A stretch of 63,476 nucleotides of DNA, counting the filler, from Phoronis australis (lineage: Eukaryota > Animalia > Phoronida): NCBI GenBank assembly GCA_002633005.1. It is 8 parts of 8 records of this genome, joined end to end, with 100 filler letters (N's around TTAATTAATTAA, not from the genome) between each part and the next. Parts side by side here need not be neighbours in the genome. Positions count along the whole stretch, not along the records: positions 1 to 6,871 come from NMRA01002101.1; positions 6,972 to 13,216 come from NMRA01002192.1; 6 more parts are not named here. The stretch is one strand, 5' to 3'. Under the pieces are notes generated by a model. That model ran no database searches, was not told the DNA's origin, and saw only the letters and a program-made list of their open reading frames with translations. The first letter of the stretch is position 1, and each line of letters opens with the position of its first letter. A program made the position numbers and the translations under genes. Positions 1 to 11,572 of the stretch are shown one piece after another.

Positions 1-294
1 AATAAAAATGGAGCATTCAAAAAGTTTTCTACATACTGGCATTCTTTTATAAACATTTCGTCAAAATGTGAAGCATAGTTGAATGTAACTCCTGAATCAT
101 TTTACAATTCGCCAGCAATTTTGTCTTTGAAATTTTGTCAATTTCCACTATATTTCAAAAAAAGATTATGAATAATGAACAAAAAATTGAGTGTTGTGTT
201 AACAAATCTACAATGTGTCGCTTTTGTTGGTGAAATCATGTTGTTTAATGTGTAATTAACTTCACATGTTGAATGAATTTTAAAACATTTACAG

Positions 295-417
295 ACATTG
301 ATGAGTGTGCTACCAACACGAGCCATTGCCACAATAACGCCACCTGTAGTAATTTTGATGGAGGATACACCTGTACATGTAAACAAGGGTATTCAGGGAA
401 CGGAACATATTGCGAAG
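295..417 (+). CDS. Calcium-binding EGF-like domain exon, copy 1, of a fibrillin/fibulin/uromodulin-type extracellular protein
   Basis: tttacag|ACATTGATGAG...TGCGAAG|gtatga; 123-bp phase 1-1 exon encoding DIDECATNTSHCHNNATCSNFDGGYTCTCKQGYSGNGTYCE, the 6-Cys cbEGF consensus. Confidence 0.9.
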
Positions 418-637
418 GTATGAATGGAAATAAAATGTGACAGATTTTTCTGCACACTGGGGTTCTTTTGATCATGCCGTCAAAAGAGGAAGAACAGTTA
501 ATAGTCGTGCATGAAGCTATGTAATGAAGATTATATAATATCTTGGGTACTTTATGGGTACTTGGTTACCATCCTGCAATCTCTTGTGTGAATGTTATCG
601 TTAAGTTTATTCAAAGTCAATTTTTATACATTTACAG

Positions 638-763
638 ACATTGATGAGTGTACTGCTACCAACACGAGCCATTGCCATGCTCACGCCACCTGTAATAATT
701 CTGATGGAGGATACAACTGTACATGTAAACAAGGGTATTCAGGGAACGGAACATATTGCGAAG
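638..763 (+). CDS. Calcium-binding EGF-like domain exon, copy 2
   Basis: 126-bp phase 1-1 exon, DIDECTATNTSHCHAHATCNNSDGGYNCTCKQGYSGNGTYCE, with AG/GT boundaries; the downstream intron sequence is also duplicated. Confidence 0.9.
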
Positions 764-869
764 GTATGAATGGACATAGAATGTGACAGATTTTTCTGCA
801 CACTGGGGTTCTTTTGATCATGCGGTCAAAATAGGAAGAACAGTTAATAGTTGTGCATGAAGCTATGTA

Positions 870-3800
870 CGGTAAAGTCGCGTGATTTTCGGACGGCCCG
901 CCATTTTCGACCAAGAATAAATATTTCCGAAATGAGTTTTTCATAGTCCACGAAATTCGTACAAGGTCCAAAAACTGTNTTTTTAATGATCTTCGAACTT
1001 CGGACAATGTCATAAACGTCGGATTTTTGCCCCGCGACTTTCGGACAAGGAAAATTTTAGAAACGCTAATTTGGGATGGACGCAACTCCCGTGTCACTAA
1101 AGCGTTCAACGGATGATTACTACTCTATAAGGCTTGAACCTGAGAATTGGTGTAACGGGCTTTGTAATTTTTACCGTGTCTTGACGATGTCATGACCGTT
1201 ACTCGATTGTCTTGCGTTTAGCTACAATTGTGTTTGGCGCTTTAGCTATGGAAAGAGTCACCGAGTCCCGCATGACGAAAATTTCTGATGAAAATACAAA
1301 TGGGAAATACACCGAAGGCTGCAGTTTTTCGTTGTAGCGTAACATGTGCTCTGGTTTAATTAGACCGTGTTGTTCGACTACGGACTATGACATTGAACTT
1401 GCACGCCTGACATCAACTTGCGTGTTTACGAAACGTTTTTATTTTTAAAACGTCCTGGCCTTTGCAAATGCCCTTGTTAGTGGCTAAAATCTCCGGCGAC
1501 GTGTCCCGATTTTATTCTTGACGTGAAATATTTTTTGTTTAGGCCCCCATTCACAATAGGCCACAGCTAAGTCTGTCCGTAGGATATCGCGCGTTCAAAG
1601 TCGATTTTATTCTTAACGTGATGAGAAATATTTTTTGTTTAGGCCCCCATTCACAATAGGCCACAGCTAAGTCTGTCCGTAGGATATCGCGCCTTCAAAG
1701 TAGTGTAGATAGTGAACAGCAGCAGCCGAATGAGACGGAGCCAAAGTAAAGGTGGTTAAAAATCAAACATAGTGCAAGGCCCAGCACTCAGAAAGGGGTG
1801 CTGCGCACACGCAATTGTTACAGAGACATTGCATCCCTGTCCTATGTTGTGTAAGCGCCGGTGTGCTATAACACATATCAAAAACTAATGTACATCCACT
1901 TAACCACGTTTCATTACCCTTACAAATTGTCTGTTGCTCTCTGATAAGCATCGCAGATGCAAGAATCTCGCTAAAGAAGATAGTGTGATAGTGCTTCATT
2001 TGCAATGCCTCGCCAAACGTCTTGACGTCTTCTGTCTAGCGTGTTCGTGAGATTCTCACCCTTGCGCCCCTGGTCGCAGACTAGGGTAGAGTTCAGTAGC
2101 TGTCTTGGGAAACACAAAAATCTAGCCAAAATCACGCTTTCAATTCAAAAACACAATACATCAGGTAATTTCATGAATTCTTGCTTTTTAGCGAAGTTCT
2201 TGCGTTACGAGCTTTACCCCAGATGTAAACCTAAAAAAGATTTAACTTGCGGTGACCCAATTTTGCTTGCTCATCCACTGGTCTGTGTACTTGTGGTCTT
2301 GTTAATTCATACCCTGTACCGTCTGAGGTACAGTGTACAACATCCTGAACTCCATGGTGTCCCGAGATTAAGATGAATCCCGACAAGGACACCGGGACCC
2401 TGTGGCACTTTCTGTCTGCGGCGGCTAAGAAAATCCTCGACCAATCATTTCGAAAAATGACATGTCAGTTGAATCAGATTTGGTAGTCGTTGCTTCTTGT
2501 GGTCCTAGGGGTAGGCTAACAAGAATACAGGACCTGGAGTCCGATGCAACGGGCTTGGAACCTGATTAGTGTTTCCGACCCGGAGTTCGATATCTACTTT
2601 CCACAAGACCTTGCCTTCTTGTCCATGTTACCGCCTTCAGTTGATAGTTTTGAGACAAAAAAGAAACGTGATCTTAAACTACAGACCATGTTTTTTGTAA
2701 TACTTAATAAAGTTTTAGACTCATTTCAGCTGTAAGTGTGTTAAATTGTGTTGACTGTTACATTGCTAATTATTATTGTTCTATTTTTACCCGAGGTGAT
2801 GCCTTACTTGCAGCAAGGGNTTAAACTACAGACCATGCTTTTTGTATTACTTAAGATAGTTTTAGAGGCATTTCAGCTGTAAGTGTATTTAATTGTGTTT
2901 GATTCGAAAGAGATGACTGTTACATTTCTAATTATTATTGTTCTATTTTTACCCGAGGTGATGCCTTACTTGCAGCAAGGGTAAATAATTTTGGGAAGTA
3001 TTACCAGCGATTTCCGTATATAAGTTCGGGAAACCAAACGTCTATGTAAAAAATACACCAGGGCCTATACTCGGCAATGTCGAATACACGAACACACTCA
3101 GTATAAATACTGTATCTCACCCTAATTATATTCTAGTGGCAATAGCATTATTTTCAGATTTCAAGCATGCATTTTTATTCTCAGATATGCATACTAGGTA
3201 TATTTTAGGAAAAAAATTAAGATACGCAAATTGGCCATATTTTCTTCTGGATTTATATACGGAAATTTACGGTGGATCTTCTTAAACCTGTAAACCATGA
3301 AAATTTCATTGAGACAGTTTTGTTCTACTAACATGTTGAACTAACATTCCGTTCATGCAAGTCGGTCAGTACGTTCGCATTTAAGGCGTTATTGCAACAG
3401 GTGAGTGTTGTTTTATCAACTAACATTCCGTTCATGCAAGTCGGTCAGTACGTTCGCATTTAAGGCGTTATTGCAACAGGTAAGTGTTGTTTCAGTTGAT
3501 TTTTGTTTGGTGCTTCTATATTTTATTTTGTTATGTATTCCTGTCTTCAGATAGTCACTGTTATTTTTCAACAACATTTCTGTACTTATAATGAGACTTC
3601 AGTAAACTCGCGACTGTTCATACTTCAAATGTTAGCAGAAGTGTGTAGTGTTCATCAGCAGAGACCTGTGGGAAGAACTATTTTCCGTAACTGTAGCAAA
3701 TATATGACGCAATGAAATGAAAACGGTCGACATAGATGAATTGTAATTGGTTAAATGTATATTAAAAAAGAAAATTAAGTATATAAATAGTAGACCGGTT

Positions 3801-5904
3801 CTTGAATTGCCTGGTTTACGTCCTTCATGAGTTCACCTGTCCCAAATTGAGTGCTTTCGTTTTTCTTTTCAGGTCGTCCCTAGTCGATTCTTCTAACAGT
3901 CGTGATCTGCCCAGTAGCCTATTGTATCAACGTGCGCAACAACGGTCTTGGCAGGGGGTTGCACCAAGCAGACTCCCTTAGAATTAGTGGCACAAAATCG
4001 ACATTGGTGTGCAGCAGGAGGCCGAGGGGGGAAGGGGTGGCGGCGTAAATTAGTAGTGACTGAGGGAGACTGAGCTGCGCGAAATTGGTGATGACCGTGG
4101 GCGGCGCTAAACTGGTGACGACCAGAAGAAACGGCCCTGTTATCTTCCTCGCAGATTATCAGAAAATGCTAACGATTATCAGTTTCATTTCATCCACAAA
4201 CAGATTTCACAAGTCAGAGTTTTCACTGTGGTTGAAAACGTAAGCGAACCCGGATGTGTTAGGTCACCTCAGTTGCATGAAGACGCGCCAGTGTATCACT
4301 GAGTTAATATCGGGCGTTTCAAAGGCTGTNAAATGCTAACGATTATCAGTTTCATTTCATCCACAAACAGATTTCACAAGTCAGAGTTTTCACTGTGGTT
4401 GAAAACGCAAGCGAACCCAGATGTGTTAGGTCACCTCAGTTGCATGAAGACGCGCCAGTGTACCACTGAGTTAATATCGGGCGTTTCAAAGGCTGTGGAT
4501 GAGAAAGGTTTTAATTGTAAAAAAAAAAAACGGTTGGGTGAATTTGATGTTGGTAGCATTTGAAATTGCATTTGCTTTCTAGTCAACGACCTTATATATA
4601 CAATATGTTAGTTAATCGTGTCTTCAGCCGGGCAGCACTGTACTAGTCGACACATTCCCATCGTTTGCAGTAGGCCTAAACATCTAAACATGTAGAACGA
4701 CAGCGCTTCTTCAACAATTCAGACGACTACCAGGACGACAAATGGGGATCACGAGTAGATGAGAAACTACTCGTTTTATTATCATGATTGTCTTTTTAAT
4801 CTGTTTTGGGTAATTGTTCAATCAAAGTTTTTATGCTGAAACTGAGCTTTCAGATAATATGGAAATAAACGTGTCAGAGTTAACTTGCGTTTCGGTTTGT
4901 AACCAGCAGACAATGCATGGATACGTTTAACAAACATAAATATATGCTACGTTCTTGTCATTGTTCGTCACTTTCTTCACTGAACTCGTTCCCACATCCT
5001 TTACTGTTACGTTTAATGCAAAATTCGTTAAAATTGAGAAAGCGCATGTTTTGATGGTCGGGAACCCTCTTTGTGCGCCGAATACGCAAGTCCAGCTTTT
5101 TATTGGGAAACCATGCGTTGACAGCGCAAACTTGACATTTTTTTTATTGAGAAAATGCATTTTTACAAAAGAGAATCGGTTGTCTGTAACGTTTCATGTG
5201 CGTCAACAACGCAAACCAGACCCACTCATTGAACGCATGTTTTGATGGTTGGGAACCCTCTTTGTGCGCCGAATACGCAAGTCCAGCTTTTTATTGGGAA
5301 ACCATGCGTCGACAGCGCAAACTCGACATTTTTTATTGAGAAAACGCATTTTTACAAAAGAGAATCGGTTGTCTGTAACGTTTCATGTGCGTCAACAACG
5401 CAAACCAGACCCACTCATTGAAAAGCCCATATTTGTCACCAGGAAGACTTCACAACGCAGCCCGGTGAGATAGCGCAGTTTTAAAAGATTCCGTCTCTTG
5501 CCGAGAACGGTTTTTGAGCATCGGCAATGCAAGCCGAATATTTCATATTGAGAAAGCACATCTTTGAAAAGAAGAACCAACACTTGTTGGGAACTGTCTT
5601 TGTGCGTCGACGACGCGCATTTCTTATTGGGAAAGCCAGATTTTCAAAAATTAATCGCTCAGACCATTTGAGTCTCATTTACCTGCAATTATACTGCTAT
5701 CAAATGACCGAGCCAGCATTGTTGATACTGCGACCGCTCATCGAAATAATGTACACCCACGAAATTCGGACACTAGCGGAAACCCAAATTTGGAGGTCCG
5801 CCAAATTCGGACACCACAAAATGATATTTCGCGAGATTCGTCCAAGAATGAATTTTTTCCATTGGAATTAATTTTCAGTGTCCGAAAATCACGCGACTTT
5901 ACCG
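870..5904. mobile_element. ~5-kb non-autonomous DNA transposon, Tc1/mariner/pogo-like (TA TSD)
   Basis: Perfect 25-bp TIRs CGGTAAAGTCGCGTGATTTTCGGAC (870-894) and reverse complement (5880-5904), flanked by TA at 868-869 and 5905-5906. Subterminal CGAAATTCGGAC-like motifs at both ends; no transposase ORF seen. Confidence 0.8.
5042..5421. repeat. ~190-bp tandem duplication inside the transposon
   Basis: GCATGTTT...CCCACTCATTGAA occurs twice in tandem with a few substitutions and no N at the junction. Smaller internal tandem duplications lie at ~1508-1700 and ~3339-3490. Confidence 0.85.
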
Positions 5905-6871
5905 TAGCAGTTTTATTAAAACAGAATTGGTAGAATTTCTCTTTATATTAATTGTTGATAAATAACTTAAAAAAGTAAATTAAATAAAAAATGCTGGGAT
6001 TGTTCTTATGGGTGACTGTTTAATGTAAAACTTTAGAAATCTGTCGACACGTTGCAAAGAAATGAGCAAAACCCCCCAACGTGTGTCAAAAATACGAAGT
6101 GAAATAAATGTGATCAGGCAGCAGTGGTATTTCTCTTAATTACGCAAATATACTTCATTTAACCTACCATTTTACTGCAGTAAATTGAAACACTTGTTAC
6201 TGAAGAAACTATGTCTTGTGTGTTCACAATTTGTGTAGCAGTTAACAATTTTTGTCGAAAAAAATGTGCCTGGTTATTACTGACTTCTGATGGGCTGAGC
6301 TTATCGGCAGTTCGACCTAACAGACTTTTGTGACATATCATGCAACAGGCTTCTATATTTATGGAATTGTGGTTCACAGGTACAATCACAAACACCCTGT
6401 CTCAGATCAATATCCTGATCACAGGTTTCAAAATATACACAAAATAATCACCTTGTGACAGCTCAGTTGGGCATGTCTGTGTATTAGTTTTGACAGCTAC
6501 AAGGAGCTTGCAATGGTTGCTCCATAAGTGTCAGGTTCTTACCCCCATTAATCTTTACCTGTAAGATTTGTTTTGCCTACACAATGATATACATTCCAGG
6601 GCTCCCCCTTAGCACATCAGCTAGCCAAATGCTATCTGGCCATATGGTACCAAAATTCCTAGGTTGTCAGCGAGAAATGAGGTCTCCAAAACAAGGGACC
6701 CCTCCCCCCACTTGTCTCAATAACTTTGCAACCCGCAGCAAAGTTTTTTATCAGTTGGTAGTTCTTAGTTCCTTCTGTTTAACTATACTGTTAAAGCTCA
6801 CTTGCTATGATGGTTTAAAGTGGCATTCTTCAAAGATGACTAACAAAAAAATTTTGAATGGGCATCCTGGG

Positions 6872-6971
6872 NNNNNNNNNNNNNNNNNNNNNNNNNNNNN
6901 NNNNNNNNNNNNNNNTTAATTAATTAANNNNNNNNNNNNNNNNNNNNNNNNNNNNNNNNNNNNNNNNNNNN
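6872..6971. other. Artificial scaffold-joining linker
   Basis: N44-TTAATTAATTAA-N44, exactly 100 bp, with stops in all six frames. Identical linkers at 13217-13316, 16322-16421, 42593-42692, 50436-50535, 56077-56176 and 59461-59560. Confidence 0.97.
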
Positions 6972-8677
6972 ACAAGATCAGATTAACAAAGTAATGCTTT
7001 GCGCTTCGGGTGAAACTTTGAGCAAAGGAGGCTACGGTAGTTTCATCGTTCAATTAGATTCAAGTAAACAAACCAATTCATGATGTGCGTTTCACATGAA
7101 AGTATACAGAGTGTATTTAAAAATACAAGGTCCACACCAGGGTCAGTATTATATTGTTAGCCACCAATGCAAAGAAAATTACTTTAAATTACAACAATTT
7201 AAACCTCCATAATACTACAACCTTATCCAATGATTCCAGCAATAGTCACAAAGAGAAAGCGTAACCTTATTATCAAATGCTGTTTTCCACACTGACTCAT
7301 TTTGAAATCTGTATTTTATTACAACGCTCAAATAGAGTGGAATGTCAAAAAATCGCACACACTACACATGCATTAATCCAAAACGTGGTTTAAAAAACAA
7401 TGCATTAGAGACATAAACATAATGACTTTTTTGAGGCACACGAAAAAATCACACTTTGCCATGGGCGGCGCAGCACTGAAAAAAGTGGAGGGGGGGCTAA
7501 AGCCCCCTCAACCCCCCTGTGGTGCACCACCTATGGACCATGTGCACATAGCCCCCCCAGTCCCCTATGGTGTGCCACCCATGTTTGCACTTTGATTAGC
7601 AGAACACATTCTTTTTAAAACCTAAAAGAGGCTCACTTTTAAAATGCGTGAATCAGGCATATACACCTTGTCAAGCTTAATATCATTAATCACTCGTGTT
7701 AAAATTATTCTTAAACATTCACAACTTCATCAAAGCTTACACACACGTTGTGTGGTGCTTTTTCTTCAAGCATCGAAAATCTCTGTACCAGCATTAACTG
7801 CAAACTGGGAGATTAGTATCATTGTAAACTGAGATAAGAATACACCATTCTGGTAATATTAGATTATTTGTGTGGCAAGAAAAAACCTGAACTTGGCAGG
7901 ATCAGCTCCCCCCAGGGGAGATGATTAACATCATCATTATTACAGGGCATGTGATATTGATGACTGCTCCACTGCCTGGAAGATAATTGAACTGGCAGGA
8001 ACTGAGCAAGGACTTACAACCACTGTGGTTGCTGACTGGTTTAATTGCTTATAAACAAATCTTTGGTGACCTGAAACACTGCTATGAAGCAATGTAGCCT
8101 TCATAAGGAGAACACAGCCACAGAGCATGGGAGCTTTCATAAGGAGAACTCAGCCACAGAGCATGGGAGTTTTCAATAAAAAGAAGCGGAATGGTTTCCA
8201 GTAACTGTGTAATGTATCGTTAAGTCACCCATGTTTCTGGAGGTACAGGCAAATCATATAACTGTGAGAAACAATGTATACAACACCACCAGACTTTTTG
8301 CAGCTCAATTATTAGCAAGCAGATCCCACCATTCTGGAGGCCGTGCTATTAACAAAAAAGAATGCTAGTCAGATTTGAAAGCAGTAAATGATGCGAGTAA
8401 AAATTTTAGTATGCGGCAATCATAATCGCTACAGTCGTGCACTAACAATGTGCAAATTTCAATTACTGTTCTCCAAATACTGTCGCTTTCCCATCAACAC
8501 AGCGACTCCATTTCCCTTTCCCACTGACAGTCCACATCTGAGTTACCCTTAGTTCTCTGATTTAAACACCAGGTGGCATATTTGAATTGTTCTCGGACAA
8601 ATGAATTCAAGATTAATAAACATCTCCAGCAATAAAAGCACTGTATCTTGCGANCAGATGCCCCGGCAATGTTGACG

Positions 8678-9806
8678 ATTTACGTTCCTCCGAAACATAA
8701 AGACCAACTTCCGCTTTTCGAGGTGAAAGTCGTCTGCAACGCCGCGGTAAGAAAGGAATTTGCCGCGCAAATTTTATATCAAATCCGATTTTTTTACGCG
8801 GAAATATTATAAAAAAAAAGCGGAAAGCACATTTGAAAAAAGCGGAAATCCACGTTTCCGCAGAAAATTCCAAGCCCTGGTTTAAGTGATCGGAGAAAGG
8901 ACATTGGGAACCCTCTTGGATGACGGAAAAAACGCAGGCTTGGACCGACCGACTCTGCGATGTGTCACGTCAGGGTAATATATACCCCAATACCCAGCAA
9001 TATCTAAGGGAGAAAAGGTGACAGCAACACAGGTTTTTTTTGGTCGATGACCCAACCTCAAATTTGGTGACCTCAGTTGTCATTTGGTGACCTGGGATAT
9101 TTGCTAAGTCGCATTTGGCAAATTGGTGTTCACTTAAGAGTCGAACGCTGATATATGATATCCGTACTGACTTACATCGTGAACCTCTTCTACTGCTATG
9201 TAGGCTTCTGTTGGAAGCCCTAATGACTTGGGTTTTGCATNAATTTACGTTCCTCCGAAACATAAAGACCAACTTCCGCTTTTCGAGGTGAAAGTCGTCT
9301 GCAACGCCGCGGTAAGAAAGGAATTTGCCGCGCAAATTTTATATCAAATCCGATTTTTTTACGCGGAAATATTATAAAAAAAGCGGAAAGCACATTTGAA
9401 AAAAGCGGAAATCCGTGTTTCCGCGGAAAATTCCAAGCCCTGGTTTAAGTGATCGGAGAAAGGACATTGGGAACCCTCTTGGATGACGGAAAAACCGCAG
9501 GCTTGGACCGCCCGACTCTGCGATGTGTCACGTCAGGGTAATATATACCCCAATACCCAGCAATATCTAAGGGAGAAAAGGTGACAGCAACACAAAGGTT
9601 TTTTTTTGGTCGATGACCCAACCTCAAATTTAGTGACCTCAGTTGTCATTTGGTGACCTGGGATATTTGCTAAGTCGCATTTGGCAAATTGGTGTTCACT
9701 TAAGAGTCGAACGCTGATATATGATATCTGTACTGACTTACATCGTGAACCTCTTCTACTGCTATGTAGGCTTCTGTTGGAAGCCCTAATGACTTGGGTT
9801 TTGCAT
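8678..9806. repeat. Near-identical tandem duplication split by a single n (probable assembly/haplotype artefact), with a truncated PSMD7 exon copy at 9176-9240
   Basis: 8678-9240 matches 9243-9806 with a few SNPs; n at 9241. Includes part of the same CAGGGCTTG-ended MITE family as 27725-28127. Confidence 0.85.
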
Positions 9807-11572
9807 CAATGATGACTAAAATCTGCAAAGAAGCAGAATAACAACAACATAAATTATGCATTGGTTTACTCAGCATGCTCCATTGTTACTAAATATGTCA
9901 ATTAGAATTTTTAGGTAGGTCACTGTTTATTTCACACCATTGGTCAGTCAGACTTCCTGAAGTAAAATTTTATCTACCATCACAAAATTTCAGATTGTGA
10001 CTAACTGGCCTATCATTGACAGGCATCTTAGCAAAATGAGTAGTTTTGACGAGCTTGAAGCATTTCCTTCGAATCGAAGTAACAGGAAAATCGACAATTC
10101 CAACTCTAGTGAGTTGATTACAATACTGATTACTGATTATTTTTTGCAATTTTTTCAGAGTTAAAGGAATATTTCATTAGTTTAATAAATGATAAGAATG
10201 TATATCAAATATATCACAGTTTCATGGAATTGAGTAAGATCTGACAGGCAATATTGCTCAAAATAGAAACCGGCAAATAACTTTTCTGATGAAACCTAGC
10301 AAAGTCCCTGAGTAGAAATTTTGGAAAAAAATTAAGCTACAACTTCAAAGACATTAAAACAACTTCAAAAATATGTTTTTACTTGCAATGTTGAGTCTTT
10401 CTGCATGCAAGTTTTCTTGCACATGAATATGTATATTATTTCAAATTTTGTTTATTGACGTGGCAATCTTACAGAATAAACTATACATGCCAGATGATAA
10501 AAATCATAAAAGCGTCTTATTCGCGTCAATTTTTGCTGTTAGTCTTCAACTAAGAGAAGTGACACTGGTTCAGAACAGAAATGACAATGTTATGTACAGA
10601 AAAGAGAGTGACACTTACAGAGTTTGGGCAGTATTTCCTAATCAACTCATTAATGGCAATATCGTTCTGGTGCAGTTTGGGTCCAGTATGATACCAACCA
10701 ACAATCTTCTCACGCGCTGAAACAAACACAGACGTGAAGAAATGAAACAATATTCAAAACTAGTCGTTCCACTTGTAAAAACAGCACAACATTCCCAATA
10801 GCAATGATGTACAAAATCTCAACAACTTATGGACATCTAATTTTCATTCCAAACTGTTCACCCAATCAGACTCAATACCACAAAGACACTACGGTAATTG
10901 ACAATCTGAGCAAGCACACAGTCGTCCACTTCACTAACTAAATCGAATAAATTAACACAGCAGCCCAAGAACCACGTAATAAAAAAATTTGATACAATGC
11001 GTCACTGAACAAATTCAATCTTTAAGAAATATGTGAATATCTATGTAGTTTTCTATGGAACCCCAATACAATGTACAGTAACGAATCATATTTTACAATA
11101 AAATTGACTCCTCCAGCCGACTTCCGTATCATTTGTCACTGAAAACATGGAATAAACTCTTGGATTCCTCTCATCTGCAGCTTGGAGAGTTCATTCTCAA
11201 AATTCTCCCTACAAACGTTCTACAATATGATCACTACGAGGTCACCTAACATTCTTGTGAATGCTCAGATTTTCAAAATACTTTCTGATGGTAGCTATGG
11301 CTCAGAATTTGAACATGGTAAATCACAAAAATGATAAAATAAAATTTCACTTGTTGGCCATGCTGTGTCTTAAATCAGTGAGATTTTACCCTAGTAACGG
11401 CCCAAGCATTAAATAAATTACACAACTCCGAAGTCACCACTACCTTCACACACAATGCTTGAATGATGTGACAACTTACCATTAACCTTTTTAAACATAG
11501 CGTACATGTTCTCCAAGTAATCATGGTCTAAGAACCACACTGATTTGTCTTTGTCGTCTTCGTCAAAGGGTA
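9742..11572 (-). CDS. PSMD7: 26S proteasome lid subunit Rpn8/PSMD7 (MPN domain), three internal exons, partial
   Basis: Exons 11572-11480 ([31 protein letters not shown]), 10716-10619 ([33 protein letters not shown]) and 9822-9742 ([27 protein letters not shown]). All GT-AG and in frame. First and last exons were not found in this scaffold. Confidence 0.95.

Noticed and set aside
7767-7797. Possible terminal exon on the minus strand (...NAGTEIFDA*) downstream of PSMD7
   Set aside because: Does not resemble the PSMD7 C-terminus and is too short to assign.
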